Shown piece by piece: positions 10,385 through 19,359 of a stretch of DNA of 64,000 nt. Position 1 is the stretch's first letter. Every line of letters begins with the position of its first letter. Position numbers and translations under genes: made by a program. The stretch is taken from the NCBI GenBank assembly GCA_938030095.1, contig CALHGK010000010.1:71975-135974 (forward strand), given 5' to 3'. The notes beneath the pieces were generated by a model. It was not told the origin of the DNA, did not search any database, and worked only from the letters and a program-made list of their open reading frames with translations. This DNA is from an uncultured Candidatus Saccharibacteria bacterium. Its GTDB lineage: Bacteria; Patescibacteriota; Saccharimonadia; Saccharimonadales; Saccharimonadaceae.

Positions 10385-11796
10385 ACGTCCTCCTCTGGCG
10401 TTACGTGCGGGTTATATAGTGTGTTGTATCCTTTACCACAGAGTGCAGCAGTTATCTGGGCACTGGTAAGCGGTGTATCTGGCGCAAGAGCGGCAAGTTT
10501 GGTGCGCGCCACCACCACTGTTGGTGCGTCGATAGTACCAAGATTATAGCGGGCTGTCAAGTAGATATGTTTGGTAAATGAGCGCCGACTGAGCTGCTGA
10601 AGCAGATCCACCACCGATGGTTGTAAAATCGACGACAAATTTGCAATTACCTGCTGCTCATCGGCAATCCGTGGCGCCACCGCACCAATCATCGGGCGAG
10701 CAGCATCGGCAGCGAGGTGCTGCAGCGTGCTAGCAGGCAGCGCATTATGCTGCGTCAGGCATATCATGTCGGCGGTGGTTGTCTCGAGCAGCTGACCAAC
10801 AGTGGTCGACTCATCAAACGACGCAGTGTCAGTGCTATATGCTTGGCCTAAGATATAGCTCATCTGCCACTGAGCGCCATACTGCGGGTCGCGCTCCACC
10901 TGGGTCTGCACCTGGCGAGCGGCGCTGTCTGCCTCGAGGGCGCGACGCTGCGCATCGATGACGTAAGGTTTGGCATCAAGGTCTTTCGCTGTAGAGGCTT
11001 GGTGGACACGCCAATAGTAGAGGATCTGCGGCACATGAGCAATCTGCTCGGGCTGCAAAGCCCGCGTCAGGCGCAAGAACAACTCCCAATCCTGCGTGCC
11101 ATTATACGCTCCATCTTCACCACCAACCTCTGTGAGTAACTGGCGTGACATAACGGCAAAGTGTGTGATGTAATTCACCGCGCGCAAAAAATCTTCGTTC
11201 CAATCGGGCTTGAAAAATGGCTGATATGGCCGACCATGTTCATCCATCTTCGTCTCATCGGTGTAGACAAACTGCGCGCCAGTGCGGTCGATCGTGGCCG
11301 CAACCCACAGAAGCGCGTCGGGGTGGAGGGTGTCATCATGGTCAAGCAGCGCAATATATTCACCGGTGGCCTGCGCGATGCCATAGTTGGTTGCACCGGC
11401 AATGTGACGGTTCTTGTCCAAAAAGAATGGCTTGAGCTGCGGTGTATCCTCGGCTAGGTCACGAATCGCCTGGCGAGTAGTCTCATTGGTTGAGGCGTCG
11501 TCAACGAGGATGAGCTCCCAGTGCGGGTACGACTGCGCCACCACCGACTGTACCATCTCTCGCAGGAATGGAATAGGCGTATTATACGTTGGTACGATGA
11601 TGGAGATACGCGGCTGCTGAGCAAGCGAACTAAGCGCTGGTGGCTGCTCGGTGTGCTGACGCTGCCATGCATCGTAGATGCGGCGCTGGCGAGCATCGAG
11701 ATGAGCCCGATACGGCGCCAGGAGACAACGTACCGCGCGGTGGAGATGGCGATTGGCTTTGATAAGGTGCGTCAAACGATGTAATATATACGACAT
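10381..11796 (-). CDS. glycosyltransferase family 2
   Basis: 471 aa; ISIIVPTYNTPIPFLREMVQSVVAQSYPHWELILVDDASTNETT, then the DHDD (DxD) motif. Confidence 0.75.
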   Translation of the reverse strand: MSYILHRLTHLIKANRHLHRAVRCLLAPYRAHLDARQRRIYDAWQRQHTEQPPALSSLAQQPRISIIVPTYNTPIPFLREMVQSVVAQSYPHWELILVDDASTNETTRQAIRDLAEDTPQLKPFFLDKNRHIAGATNYGIAQATGEYIALLDHDDTLHPDALLWVAATIDRTGAQFVYTDETKMDEHGRPYQPFFKPDWNEDFLRAVNYITHFAVMSRQLLTEVGGEDGAYNGTQDWELFLRLTRALQPEQIAHVPQILYYWRVHQASTAKDLDAKPYVIDAQRRALEADSAARQVQTQVERDPQYGAQWQMSYILGQAYSTDTASFDESTTVGQLLETTTADMICLTQHNALPASTLQHLAADAARPMIGAVAPRIADEQQVIANLSSILQPSVVDLLQQLSRRSFTKHIYLTARYNLGTIDAPTVVVARTKLAALAPDTPLTSAQITAALCGKGYNTLYNPHVTPEEDV

Positions 11797-11802
11797 TTCT
11801 CC

Positions 11803-12963
11803 CTATTTCCAGGTATGCTTGAGCTTGGTAACACCACCCCACCGGCCATGATCATAATCACGTTGCACCGAGAAGTGCGGCCCCTCCTCAGTAAAGGCGA
11901 TCGTCTTCGTGTCGTCCGCCCCCATCAAGCCAGCCTTGATGAAGTAACTCCCCTCGTTGAGGTTGAGCTGCACGGTGTAGGTCGCGCGGTTCTTGCCAGC
12001 AATCTTCACCTTTTCTTGATAGGTGTTGGGGCCATAGACATACTCACCATTCTCGCGGAAGATTGCCACGCCAACATGTTTGACCCCTGTTTGCTGCCAT
12101 TCTAACTCCACCGTCATAGTTTCGTTATACTCATACACCGTCTGCTCGTTGCCATCGCTGCCGCGCAGGGTGATGTCGAAGTCGTCTGAGATTTGCTCGT
12201 CTAACCCTTCTGACTCGTTGTAACTCTTGATGTTGCTCCGGCTATAGGCGGCGGCGATGCGGTATGGCTTGCCGATCATCTTCACCTTCCCATCCTCGAT
12301 AAACACTGCCTTATTGCAAAAGCGCTCTACCGCAGACATATCGTGCGTGACGAGGATAACGGTGCGTTTTTCGCGCTTGAGCTTATCGAAGTAGGCGTAG
12401 CATTTCTTTTGGAAGGCTTCGTCCCCCACTGCCAAAACTTCATCTAGCAGCAAGATATCGGCATGGGCACGGATGGCAATGGAGAAAGCCAGGCGTACCT
12501 GCATCCCACTAGAATAATTCTTGAGCCGCTCCTCCATAAAGTCGCCCAGCTCGGCAAAATCAACAATTTTATCATACATTGCCTCCATCTCGTCGTGGCT
12601 AAAGCCGAGCAGTGCACCATTGAGAAAGACATTCTCGCGGCCAGTGAGCTCTGGGTTAAAGCCAACACCCAGCTCGATAAACGGCACTAGCGAGCCACCC
12701 ACCTCGACGCTCCCGCTATTGGGGGTGTAGATGCCGGCAATTGTCTTGAGTAGCGTGCTCTTACCCGAACCATTGCGCCCAACAATACCAAAGAAATCAC
12801 CCTCGTTGATAGTAAAATCAATATCCTTAAGTGGGGTAAAGATCCGATATCCTTTGCGCCCCTTGAGGAGGTTAATGAGCTTTTGCTTGATGCCCGAGCT
12901 TGCCTCCAGCGGGATCTTGAAGGATTTGGTAAGGTTATTGATAACAACGATTGGTTGCGCCAT
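11803..12963 (-). CDS. polysaccharide/teichoic-acid export ABC transporter ATP-binding protein (Wzt/TagH-like) with C-terminal glycan-binding-type extension
   Basis: 386 aa; Walker A GRNGSGKST, signature YSSGMQVRLAFS, Walker B ILLLDE; ~140-aa C-terminal beta-rich extension as in Wzt. Confidence 0.85.
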   Translation of the reverse strand: MAQPIVVINNLTKSFKIPLEASSGIKQKLINLLKGRKGYRIFTPLKDIDFTINEGDFFGIVGRNGSGKSTLLKTIAGIYTPNSGSVEVGGSLVPFIELGVGFNPELTGRENVFLNGALLGFSHDEMEAMYDKIVDFAELGDFMEERLKNYSSGMQVRLAFSIAIRAHADILLLDEVLAVGDEAFQKKCYAYFDKLKREKRTVILVTHDMSAVERFCNKAVFIEDGKVKMIGKPYRIAAAYSRSNIKSYNESEGLDEQISDDFDITLRGSDGNEQTVYEYNETMTVELEWQQTGVKHVGVAIFRENGEYVYGPNTYQEKVKIAGKNRATYTVQLNLNEGSYFIKAGLMGADDTKTIAFTEEGPHFSVQRDYDHGRWGGVTKLKHTWK

Positions 12964-13788
12964 CTAGATACTCTCCGCAAAATACTGTTGGTTGCGCCGG
13001 AAATAAAACACCGCCAACAGAATGATAATGATAATCGAAATAAATGGAATGAGTACCCACGGGAAGGAAACAAGATCGTAGAGCTGGATGGTCTGGGGTG
13101 TTACCAGCACCTGGCGGACGTCTTGGATGATCTGGGCTGCTGGGTTGAGCATAAGATATGGCGCAGCAGCTGGCATGCGCTCCATTACCATCTGCAAAGG
13201 ATAAATAACCGGCGTGGCATAGAAGGCCGCCTGCATGAAGATCTCCCACAGATAGCCAATATCACGGTATTTCACATTGATCGTCGCAAGGAAAAATGCC
13301 ACCGCCAAGGAAAGCACATAAAGCTCGAGGATCAGCGGCACCACAAGCAGTGCCTCCCACGACCAATGCACACCATTAAACAAACAAAAGCCAAGAATCA
13401 CCACCATATTAATGGCGAGGTTGATAAAGGCCGAGATGGTACCCGAGATAACGATGATATATTTGGGGAAGTTGATCTTGCGGATCAGGTCGCCCCGCGA
13501 GACGATCGACTGCAGCCCCTGCACCGTTGCCTCACTAAAGAAATTCCACAGCACGATCCCCACTAAAAGATACACTGGATAGTGCTCGATGTTGCGACCA
13601 AGGCCGAGGAATTTGTCGAACACGACAAACAAAATAATAAACAAAAATATCGGTTTGAGGATTGACCACAAATAGCCCAGCACCGAGCCTTGGTAGCGTA
13701 GCTTGAAGTCCGTTACAACCAGCTCGCGCAGCAAGATGCGGTTTTTTCGTTGCAAAAGATTTGTTACTTTCATAGTTTCTCTGGCCAT
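12964..13788 (-). CDS. ABC-2 type polysaccharide export permease (Wzm/TagG-like)
   Basis: ORF 12964..13824; 6 TM helices, ABC-2 family pattern. Internal start (MARETMKV... at 13788) chosen to avoid a 5'-5' overlap with the divergent GT2 gene starting at 13797. Confidence 0.75.
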   Translation of the reverse strand: MARETMKVTNLLQRKNRILLRELVVTDFKLRYQGSVLGYLWSILKPIFLFIILFVVFDKFLGLGRNIEHYPVYLLVGIVLWNFFSEATVQGLQSIVSRGDLIRKINFPKYIIVISGTISAFINLAINMVVILGFCLFNGVHWSWEALLVVPLILELYVLSLAVAFFLATINVKYRDIGYLWEIFMQAAFYATPVIYPLQMVMERMPAAAPYLMLNPAAQIIQDVRQVLVTPQTIQLYDLVSFPWVLIPFISIIIIILLAVFYFRRNQQYFAESI

Positions 13789-13796
13789 TATATAAT

Positions 13797-14822
13797 ATGA
13801 CCGTGGTAAAAAACAATCTTGCAATCATAGTTCTTAACTGGAACGGCGCCGATGATGCCTTAGAATGCATCGATTCGTTGGCGCAGCAGACGCTAGTGCC
13901 GACCATTATTGTGGTCGATAACGACTCGCATGATGACTCGGTGGCACGCTTCCGCTCATATCAAGCTAAACACCCTGCGCTCAGTCTCGTCATCATTGAG
14001 AATCAGCGCAACCTCGGCTTCGCCGGTGGTATCAACACAGGCCTGCGCTATGCCAAAGAACAGCAATTTCGCTTTGTTGGCGTGCTTAACCCCGACGCAG
14101 TTGCTAACACACACTGGTGCCAAGCCCTAGTGGACGAGCTGCGGGCTCATCCAGACTGTGGCATTGCCACTGGGCTACTGGCGCGCCGCGATGGAACGAC
14201 CATCGATAGCTCGGGCGACTTCTACACCACTTGGGGGTTGCCTGGCCCGCGCCACCGTGATGAGCCAATTAGCCACGCGCCAACAGAGGCTGGAGCGGTG
14301 TTTGGCGCAACGGGTGGCGGAGCAGTCTATCGCACAGCATTGTTCGACACCGTTGACCTTTTTGACGAAGCATTCTTCATGTACTACGAAGACGTTGATC
14401 TCAGCTTTCGCACGCAGCTAGCAGGCTGGACGGTGCGCTTCACACCGCACGCCGTCGCATACCACAAGGTTGGTGCCAGCAGTAGCAAAGTTCCAGGGCT
14501 CGCGGTATACAATACCTTCAAAAACTTGCCGCTTATTTTTATCAAGAATGTCCCAGGGCGGCTGTTTTGGTCGATTGGCGTGCGCTTCTGCCTCACCTAC
14601 TGGCTGATATTCTTGAGTGCACTGCGCCACGGCAATGGTTGGCCAGCCCTGCGTGGTATGCTCGCCTCTGTTATTCGCCAGCCAGCGGCCTATCGCCAAC
14701 GCTTTACTATCCAGCGGCAGCGCAACGTATCGGTCGATTATATCCGTAGTATTATCCACAACGGGCCATTACCCAACCAGACAGGCCTACTCAAATTCCG
14801 GAAGTTTTTTACCGGCAAATAA
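13797..14822 (+). CDS. glycosyltransferase family 2 (rhamnosyltransferase WbbL-like)
   Basis: 341 aa; AIIVLNWNGADDALECIDSLAQQTLVPTIIVVDNDSHDDS; DxD and conserved GT2 core. Confidence 0.75.
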   Translation: MTVVKNNLAIIVLNWNGADDALECIDSLAQQTLVPTIIVVDNDSHDDSVARFRSYQAKHPALSLVIIENQRNLGFAGGINTGLRYAKEQQFRFVGVLNPDAVANTHWCQALVDELRAHPDCGIATGLLARRDGTTIDSSGDFYTTWGLPGPRHRDEPISHAPTEAGAVFGATGGGAVYRTALFDTVDLFDEAFFMYYEDVDLSFRTQLAGWTVRFTPHAVAYHKVGASSSKVPGLAVYNTFKNLPLIFIKNVPGRLFWSIGVRFCLTYWLIFLSALRHGNGWPALRGMLASVIRQPAAYRQRFTIQRQRNVSVDYIRSIIHNGPLPNQTGLLKFRKFFTGK

Positions 14823-15182
14823 CTCAGCTTAGTTGTTCTGTCACAGGATGAACCATGCAAATCTCAAAATACTCGCTGATTACTCCTCTCTTCTTCAGTA
14901 ATACTCTATTTTCTAGTTAACAAGAGGATAAGACTAGCGCCAAAGAGGTGAATTGTAAAAACTGGCTTTTGCATGGTAATTATACCGAAAATGTTCCGAC
15001 CAGATCCTATATTAGTGTTTCCCTGTCTGCTGAGTGGCCAGCCTCCAGATATTTTCTTGCATAATTATACTACGAAGGTAGCGTTTCGCACTCTATCAAT
15101 ATGCAATTAGCCTGCGTCATCTCACCCCTGTTACGTACGCAATCATTTTGCATATTCGCCATCTATGCGTACAATAATACCT

Positions 15183-16232
15183 ATGCGTCTTCTTGAATAT
15201 CAAGCCAAGCAGTGCTTGGCTGAGGCTGGTGTGGCAGTACCGCAGAGTAATGTTGTAGAATCTGCAACGGTGGTGCCCACTGCCCCTATTGTCCTCAAAT
15301 CACAAGTGCCGATCGGTGGCCGCGGCAAGGCAGGTGGTGTGGTGATTGTCCGCGAGCAATCCGCTGTTACGCCAACCATTCAGCGTCTCTTTGCTCTCGA
15401 TATTGGTGGCTACACCCCCACGAAGCTCCTCGCTGAGGAAGTCCTCTCTATCGCCCGCGAGTGCTACATTTCGCTTACCATCAATCGCGAGCAATCATCC
15501 ATCGAGCTGCTCGCCCACACCAGCGGTGGCATCGATGTGGAGGAGCATGAGAGCGCAGCGTTCTTTCGCCAGGCCATTACGCCGCAAACGGTTCCTATTG
15601 TGGCCGAAGCACTGGCCGAGTATCTGTCGCTGCCAGAGCAAGCCTTTGCGCTTGAGGATATGGTGGCGCATTGTTTGCGTTGCTTTATTGACAACGATTG
15701 TACACTACTCGAGATTAACCCACTCGTTGTGACGACAGATGGCCAGCTCATCGCTGGTGATGCAAAGATGACGATTGACGATGCAGCGCTGTTTCGCCAC
15801 CCGCAGTGGCACGAAGCAGCCTTGGAGGATCATAATTTCGTCACGCTCGACTATAATGGGACGGTTGCGACGATTGCCAATGGTGCAGGCCTGGCAATGG
15901 CGACTGTCGATGCAGTGACTGCCCGCGGCGTGCAGCCAGCTAATTTTCTGGACATTGGTGGCGCGGCCACTCCAGAGAAGATCATGGCTAGCTTTGAGCA
16001 GATTGCCCGCTTCCCTGCGGTGGCGCTTATTATTATCAATATCTTTGGTGGTATTGTGCGCTGCGATGACGTAGCGGCAGCCATCATTAGCGCCAAGCAA
16101 CAGTTGCCAGACCTCCCACCACTGGCTGTCCGCCTAACAGGCAACCGCGAAGCTGAGGCCAAGGCACTGCTTGCCCGCGAGAATATTCCACTCTATGATA
16201 ATCTCTCTCAGATTCTGGAGGAGGCCGTATGA
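15183..16232 (+). CDS. sucC: succinate--CoA ligase (ADP/GDP-forming) beta subunit, ATP-grasp
   Basis: MRLLEYQAKQCLAEAGVAVPQ... conserved SucC N-terminus; ORF begins 15165, preferred ATG 15183; stop overlaps sucD start (ATGA). Confidence 0.75.
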   Translation: MRLLEYQAKQCLAEAGVAVPQSNVVESATVVPTAPIVLKSQVPIGGRGKAGGVVIVREQSAVTPTIQRLFALDIGGYTPTKLLAEEVLSIARECYISLTINREQSSIELLAHTSGGIDVEEHESAAFFRQAITPQTVPIVAEALAEYLSLPEQAFALEDMVAHCLRCFIDNDCTLLEINPLVVTTDGQLIAGDAKMTIDDAALFRHPQWHEAALEDHNFVTLDYNGTVATIANGAGLAMATVDAVTARGVQPANFLDIGGAATPEKIMASFEQIARFPAVALIIINIFGGIVRCDDVAAAIISAKQQLPDLPPLAVRLTGNREAEAKALLARENIPLYDNLSQILEEAV

Positions 16233-17101
16233 TGACCCCTGATATCTTTCGCGGCAAGCATGTCATTGTCCAGGGTATAACGGGCAAAAACGGCTCATTT
16301 CATACCGAACGTATGCTAGCGAGTGGCACACATATCATTGGTGGCACATCGCCCAATCGGTCGGTTACAGAGGTACACGGCGTGCCGGTCTTCCGGGCGA
16401 TTCGCGAAATTCAGGCGCAGCAGCCTGTTGATATTTCCGTCATTTTTGTACCAGCAGCTCATGCCAAGGCAGCGATTATGGAGGCAATCGACGCGGAGGT
16501 GCCACTCATTATTTGTATCACCGAGGGTGTGCCTGTCCACGATATGTTGCATATAAAACAACGCCTGGCAACCAGTTCTTCGCTTTTGATCGGCCCCAAC
16601 TGCCCCGGCGTTCTCATCCCCGGCGTACATAACCTTGGCATCATCCCTGCCACGCTCGCCACACCAGGTCACACTGCTATCGTCAGCCGCAGTGGCACCC
16701 TCACCTACGAAGCAATGAGCCTTCTCACCCAAGCAGGTATTGGCCAGCGCTATGTGATTGGGATTGGCGGCGATATGATTGGCGGCAGCAGCTTTATTGA
16801 TTGCTTGCAGTTGTTTGAACAGGATGTGGCGGTAGAGCAGATTGTGCTGATCGGTGAAATTGGTGGCACGAGCGAGATTGCCGCGGCGGATTATATTAAG
16901 CGTCATATAAGCAAACCAGTCTATGCTTACATTGCGGGCCACAGTGCACCATCTGGAGTACAGATGGGCCATGCTGGGGCGATCCTTGGCACAAATGAGC
17001 TGGAGTCAGCCCAGGCCAAGACGGCCCGGCTCGAGGCCAGTGGCGCAGTGGTGGCATCGTCCATCCAGTCGCTCATCGCGCTCATACCAACCAATAAGTG
17101 A
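16229..17101 (+). CDS. sucD: succinate--CoA ligase alpha subunit (CoA-binding)
   Basis: 290 aa; GKHVIVQGITGKNGSFHTERMLASGTHIIGGTSP...; phosphohistidine loop GHAGAI. Confidence 0.85.
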   Translation: MMTPDIFRGKHVIVQGITGKNGSFHTERMLASGTHIIGGTSPNRSVTEVHGVPVFRAIREIQAQQPVDISVIFVPAAHAKAAIMEAIDAEVPLIICITEGVPVHDMLHIKQRLATSSSLLIGPNCPGVLIPGVHNLGIIPATLATPGHTAIVSRSGTLTYEAMSLLTQAGIGQRYVIGIGGDMIGGSSFIDCLQLFEQDVAVEQIVLIGEIGGTSEIAAADYIKRHISKPVYAYIAGHSAPSGVQMGHAGAILGTNELESAQAKTARLEASGAVVASSIQSLIALIPTNK

Positions 17102-17116
17102 TACAATAAGGCTACG

Positions 17117-18064
17117 ATGAAAACAATCACCATTCTTATTCCTGCCTACAACGAAGCAGCTGTTTTGCCACAGCTGTTTGCCCGGCTCGAGACGCTGCAG
17201 CGCAGTGTCGATCGCCGGCGCTACCAGTTCGAATTCTTATTTATTAATGATGGTAGCCAGGATCACACGCTCGAGCTCATCCAGATCGAGCAGCAACACA
17301 ACCCCGCTATTGCCTACCTCAATCTCTCGCGCAACTTTGGCAAAGAAGCTGCTATGCTGGCTGGCTTCGACCACGCCGCGGGTGATGCTGTGGTGGTAAT
17401 TGATGCCGACCTGCAAGACCCACCAGAGCTGATCCCGCAGATGATCGAGCTGTGGGAACAGGGGTACGATGACGTATATGCGCGGCGCCGAAGCCGCTCA
17501 GGCGAGACCTGGCTCAAGAAAAAAACTGCCGCGTGGTATTACCGCCTCCTCCAGAGTACGACGCATATTCCTGTTCAGATCGACACGGGCGACTTCCGCT
17601 TACTGAGCAAACGCTGCGTCACTGCCATCACCCAGCTGCGCGAATCTCAGCGCAATACTAAAGCGATCTTTAGCTGGGTGGGGTATAAAAAGAAGGAGAT
17701 CCTCTACGACCGCGACCCACGGGCTGCCGGTACTATCAAGCAAAATCCGCGCACGCTCATCAATCTCGCTATTGATGGCATCACGAGCTTTACCACCGCG
17801 CCACTGCGTATCTCGGCGGTGCTGGGCTTCCTTATCGCCTTCTTGGCCTCTATCTATATTCTCTATCTGCTCATCCGACCACTGTTCGGTGTGCCAACCG
17901 GTGCAGGCTATTCGTCGCTCATGGCGGTGATTCTCTTCCTTGGTGGAGTGCAACTGCTGAGTTTGGGGGTTATTGGCGAATACATCGCCCGGATTTTTAG
18001 CGAAACGAAGCAGCGCCCGCCCTATCTCGTTGAGGAGCATCGTGAGGCTCACCATCGCAAATAA
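17117..18064 (+). CDS. GT2 polyprenyl-phosphate glycosyltransferase (GtrB/DPM1-like) with C-terminal TM helices
   Basis: 315 aa; ILIPAYNEAAVLPQLFARL, DADLQDPPE motif, two C-terminal TM helices. Confidence 0.75.
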   Translation: MKTITILIPAYNEAAVLPQLFARLETLQRSVDRRRYQFEFLFINDGSQDHTLELIQIEQQHNPAIAYLNLSRNFGKEAAMLAGFDHAAGDAVVVIDADLQDPPELIPQMIELWEQGYDDVYARRRSRSGETWLKKKTAAWYYRLLQSTTHIPVQIDTGDFRLLSKRCVTAITQLRESQRNTKAIFSWVGYKKKEILYDRDPRAAGTIKQNPRTLINLAIDGITSFTTAPLRISAVLGFLIAFLASIYILYLLIRPLFGVPTGAGYSSLMAVILFLGGVQLLSLGVIGEYIARIFSETKQRPPYLVEEHREAHHRK

Positions 18065-18449
18065 CAGCGGTAAGTTGTTGCGGTTTGCGCTCGTTGGCGG
18101 AATTAATACAGCGATTGATATTGGCTTGCTATTTGGGCTCACCGCGCTTGGCGTGCCAAAGCTTGCGGCTAATACGGTATCAACGGGCCTTGCCTTTATT
18201 TTTAGTTTTTTCGCCAATAAGTCATATACCTTCCGCGCCCAAGGCAATATGCGTCGGCAGCTGATCTTGTTTGTTATCATCACTCTGGCAGGCTTGTGGG
18301 GGCTGCAAAATGCGGTTATTTTCTGCATTTCGCCTATCCTTGCCTCTGTTATTCATGCTGAGTCACTTGTGCTGCTGCTCGCAAAAATTATTGCTACTGG
18401 TGCATCGCTGGTGTGGAATTATTGTTTGTATGATCATGTTGTTTTTTGA
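18042..18449 (+). CDS. GtrA-family small membrane protein (flippase partner of GtrB)
   Basis: ORF 17973..18449 in frame; likely GTG start 18042 overlapping end of GtrB; LLRFALVGGINTAIDIGLLF...FFANKSYTFRA matches GtrA signature; 4 TM. Confidence 0.6.
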   Translation: MRLTIANNSGKLLRFALVGGINTAIDIGLLFGLTALGVPKLAANTVSTGLAFIFSFFANKSYTFRAQGNMRRQLILFVIITLAGLWGLQNAVIFCISPILASVIHAESLVLLLAKIIATGASLVWNYCLYDHVVF

Positions 18450-18527
18450 ACAACAGAGAGATAATGTTTCGCTAAATATACGGTTTTTAAACAGTACATT
18501 TACAAACTCACTATACACTCATACCTA

Positions 18528-19049
18528 TTATTGACGCTGATAATCATCCGCCACTCGCACAATATCATCCTCTGTTGATGGGTACGCTGGGTTGGTGTGC
18601 TGCCAGAGCTCAGCAATAATCGTTGGGTGCTGAGCATCACCGCAAGCACGGTGGCGCTCCCCTGCCGCCAACCTTACGATATCGCCTGCCTGAGCTGGTG
18701 TTGGCTGGGCTGGTAGCTCGTCGCTCATGTTGCGATAGTACGCACCAGCGGTCAGAAAACGCCACAACTCCGCCCGCCGATGATGATATTGCCAGCTCAG
18801 ACGCGCCCCCGGCCGGACAAAAAGAATCTTAGGACTGAGCGGCACATGAGCACTGTCCTTAGTTATTACTTCCGATACTGCAAAGAAATCCGCCGCAAAC
18901 TGCTCTACCTGCGCCGGGTCAATACAGATAAACCCACCCCAGGGCCGCTGGCTATCTGTCCCAGTGATGTGGTAGCCCGCCTGGTGAATAATATATTCTA
19001 TCTGCGCCAGATTCGTCTGGGCTGTTATGTGTTGCGGTAGTTCCGTCAT
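18528..19049 (-). CDS. cupin-fold protein, mannose-6-phosphate isomerase type II C-terminal-domain-like
   Basis: 173 aa; SWQYHHRRAELWRFLTAGAYY cupin motif 1 as in PMI type II. Confidence 0.5.
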   Translation of the reverse strand: MTELPQHITAQTNLAQIEYIIHQAGYHITGTDSQRPWGGFICIDPAQVEQFAADFFAVSEVITKDSAHVPLSPKILFVRPGARLSWQYHHRRAELWRFLTAGAYYRNMSDELPAQPTPAQAGDIVRLAAGERHRACGDAQHPTIIAELWQHTNPAYPSTEDDIVRVADDYQRQ

Positions 19050-19130
19050 ATTATCTGTAATATGGGTATTATAGCACTTTTATATACAGTTTGTGTTTTT
19101 ATTATTTATTGGAATTTGGTAATTCCTAAT

Positions 19131-19260
19131 CCCCGCTCACTACCCCTCCGATGGAGTGTGAAAACAGATTGCAATAATCTGTTTTCAGCCCAGCGCAAGA
19201 GGTCGACACCTGGGAAATATCGACCCTTATAGTGTTCCTGAGGAGGGGTAGTGAGCGGGG
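19131..19260. repeat. 130-bp element bounded by a perfect 19-bp inverted repeat with a nested internal hairpin
   Basis: CCCCGCTCACTACCCCTCC (19131-19149) and its exact reverse complement (19242-19260); internal hairpin gaaaacagatt-gcaata-aatctgttttc. Confidence 0.6.
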
Positions 19261-19359
19261 GTAATATTACAGAGATGTTACTTTAAATTTAATGCCACCC
19301 GTCTTGACACACGCGTGCCCATCTGGCGCTTTCGGTGCGAGGACTGTATACTAGGAAGT

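Noticed and set aside
9263-10549. 428-aa plus-strand ORF
   Set aside because: It lies fully antisense to the 738-aa glycosyltransferase (8168-10384), which has clear GT4 motifs. The plus-strand product has no recognisable features and is Cys/His/Arg-rich, typical of antisense translation of a GC-rich gene.
13788-13824. Apparent 28-nt 5'-5' overlap of divergent genes (ABC-2 permease versus GT2)
   Set aside because: It is most likely an artefact of taking the longest ORF. An internal ATG at 13788 gives a normal divergent arrangement with a 9-nt gap.
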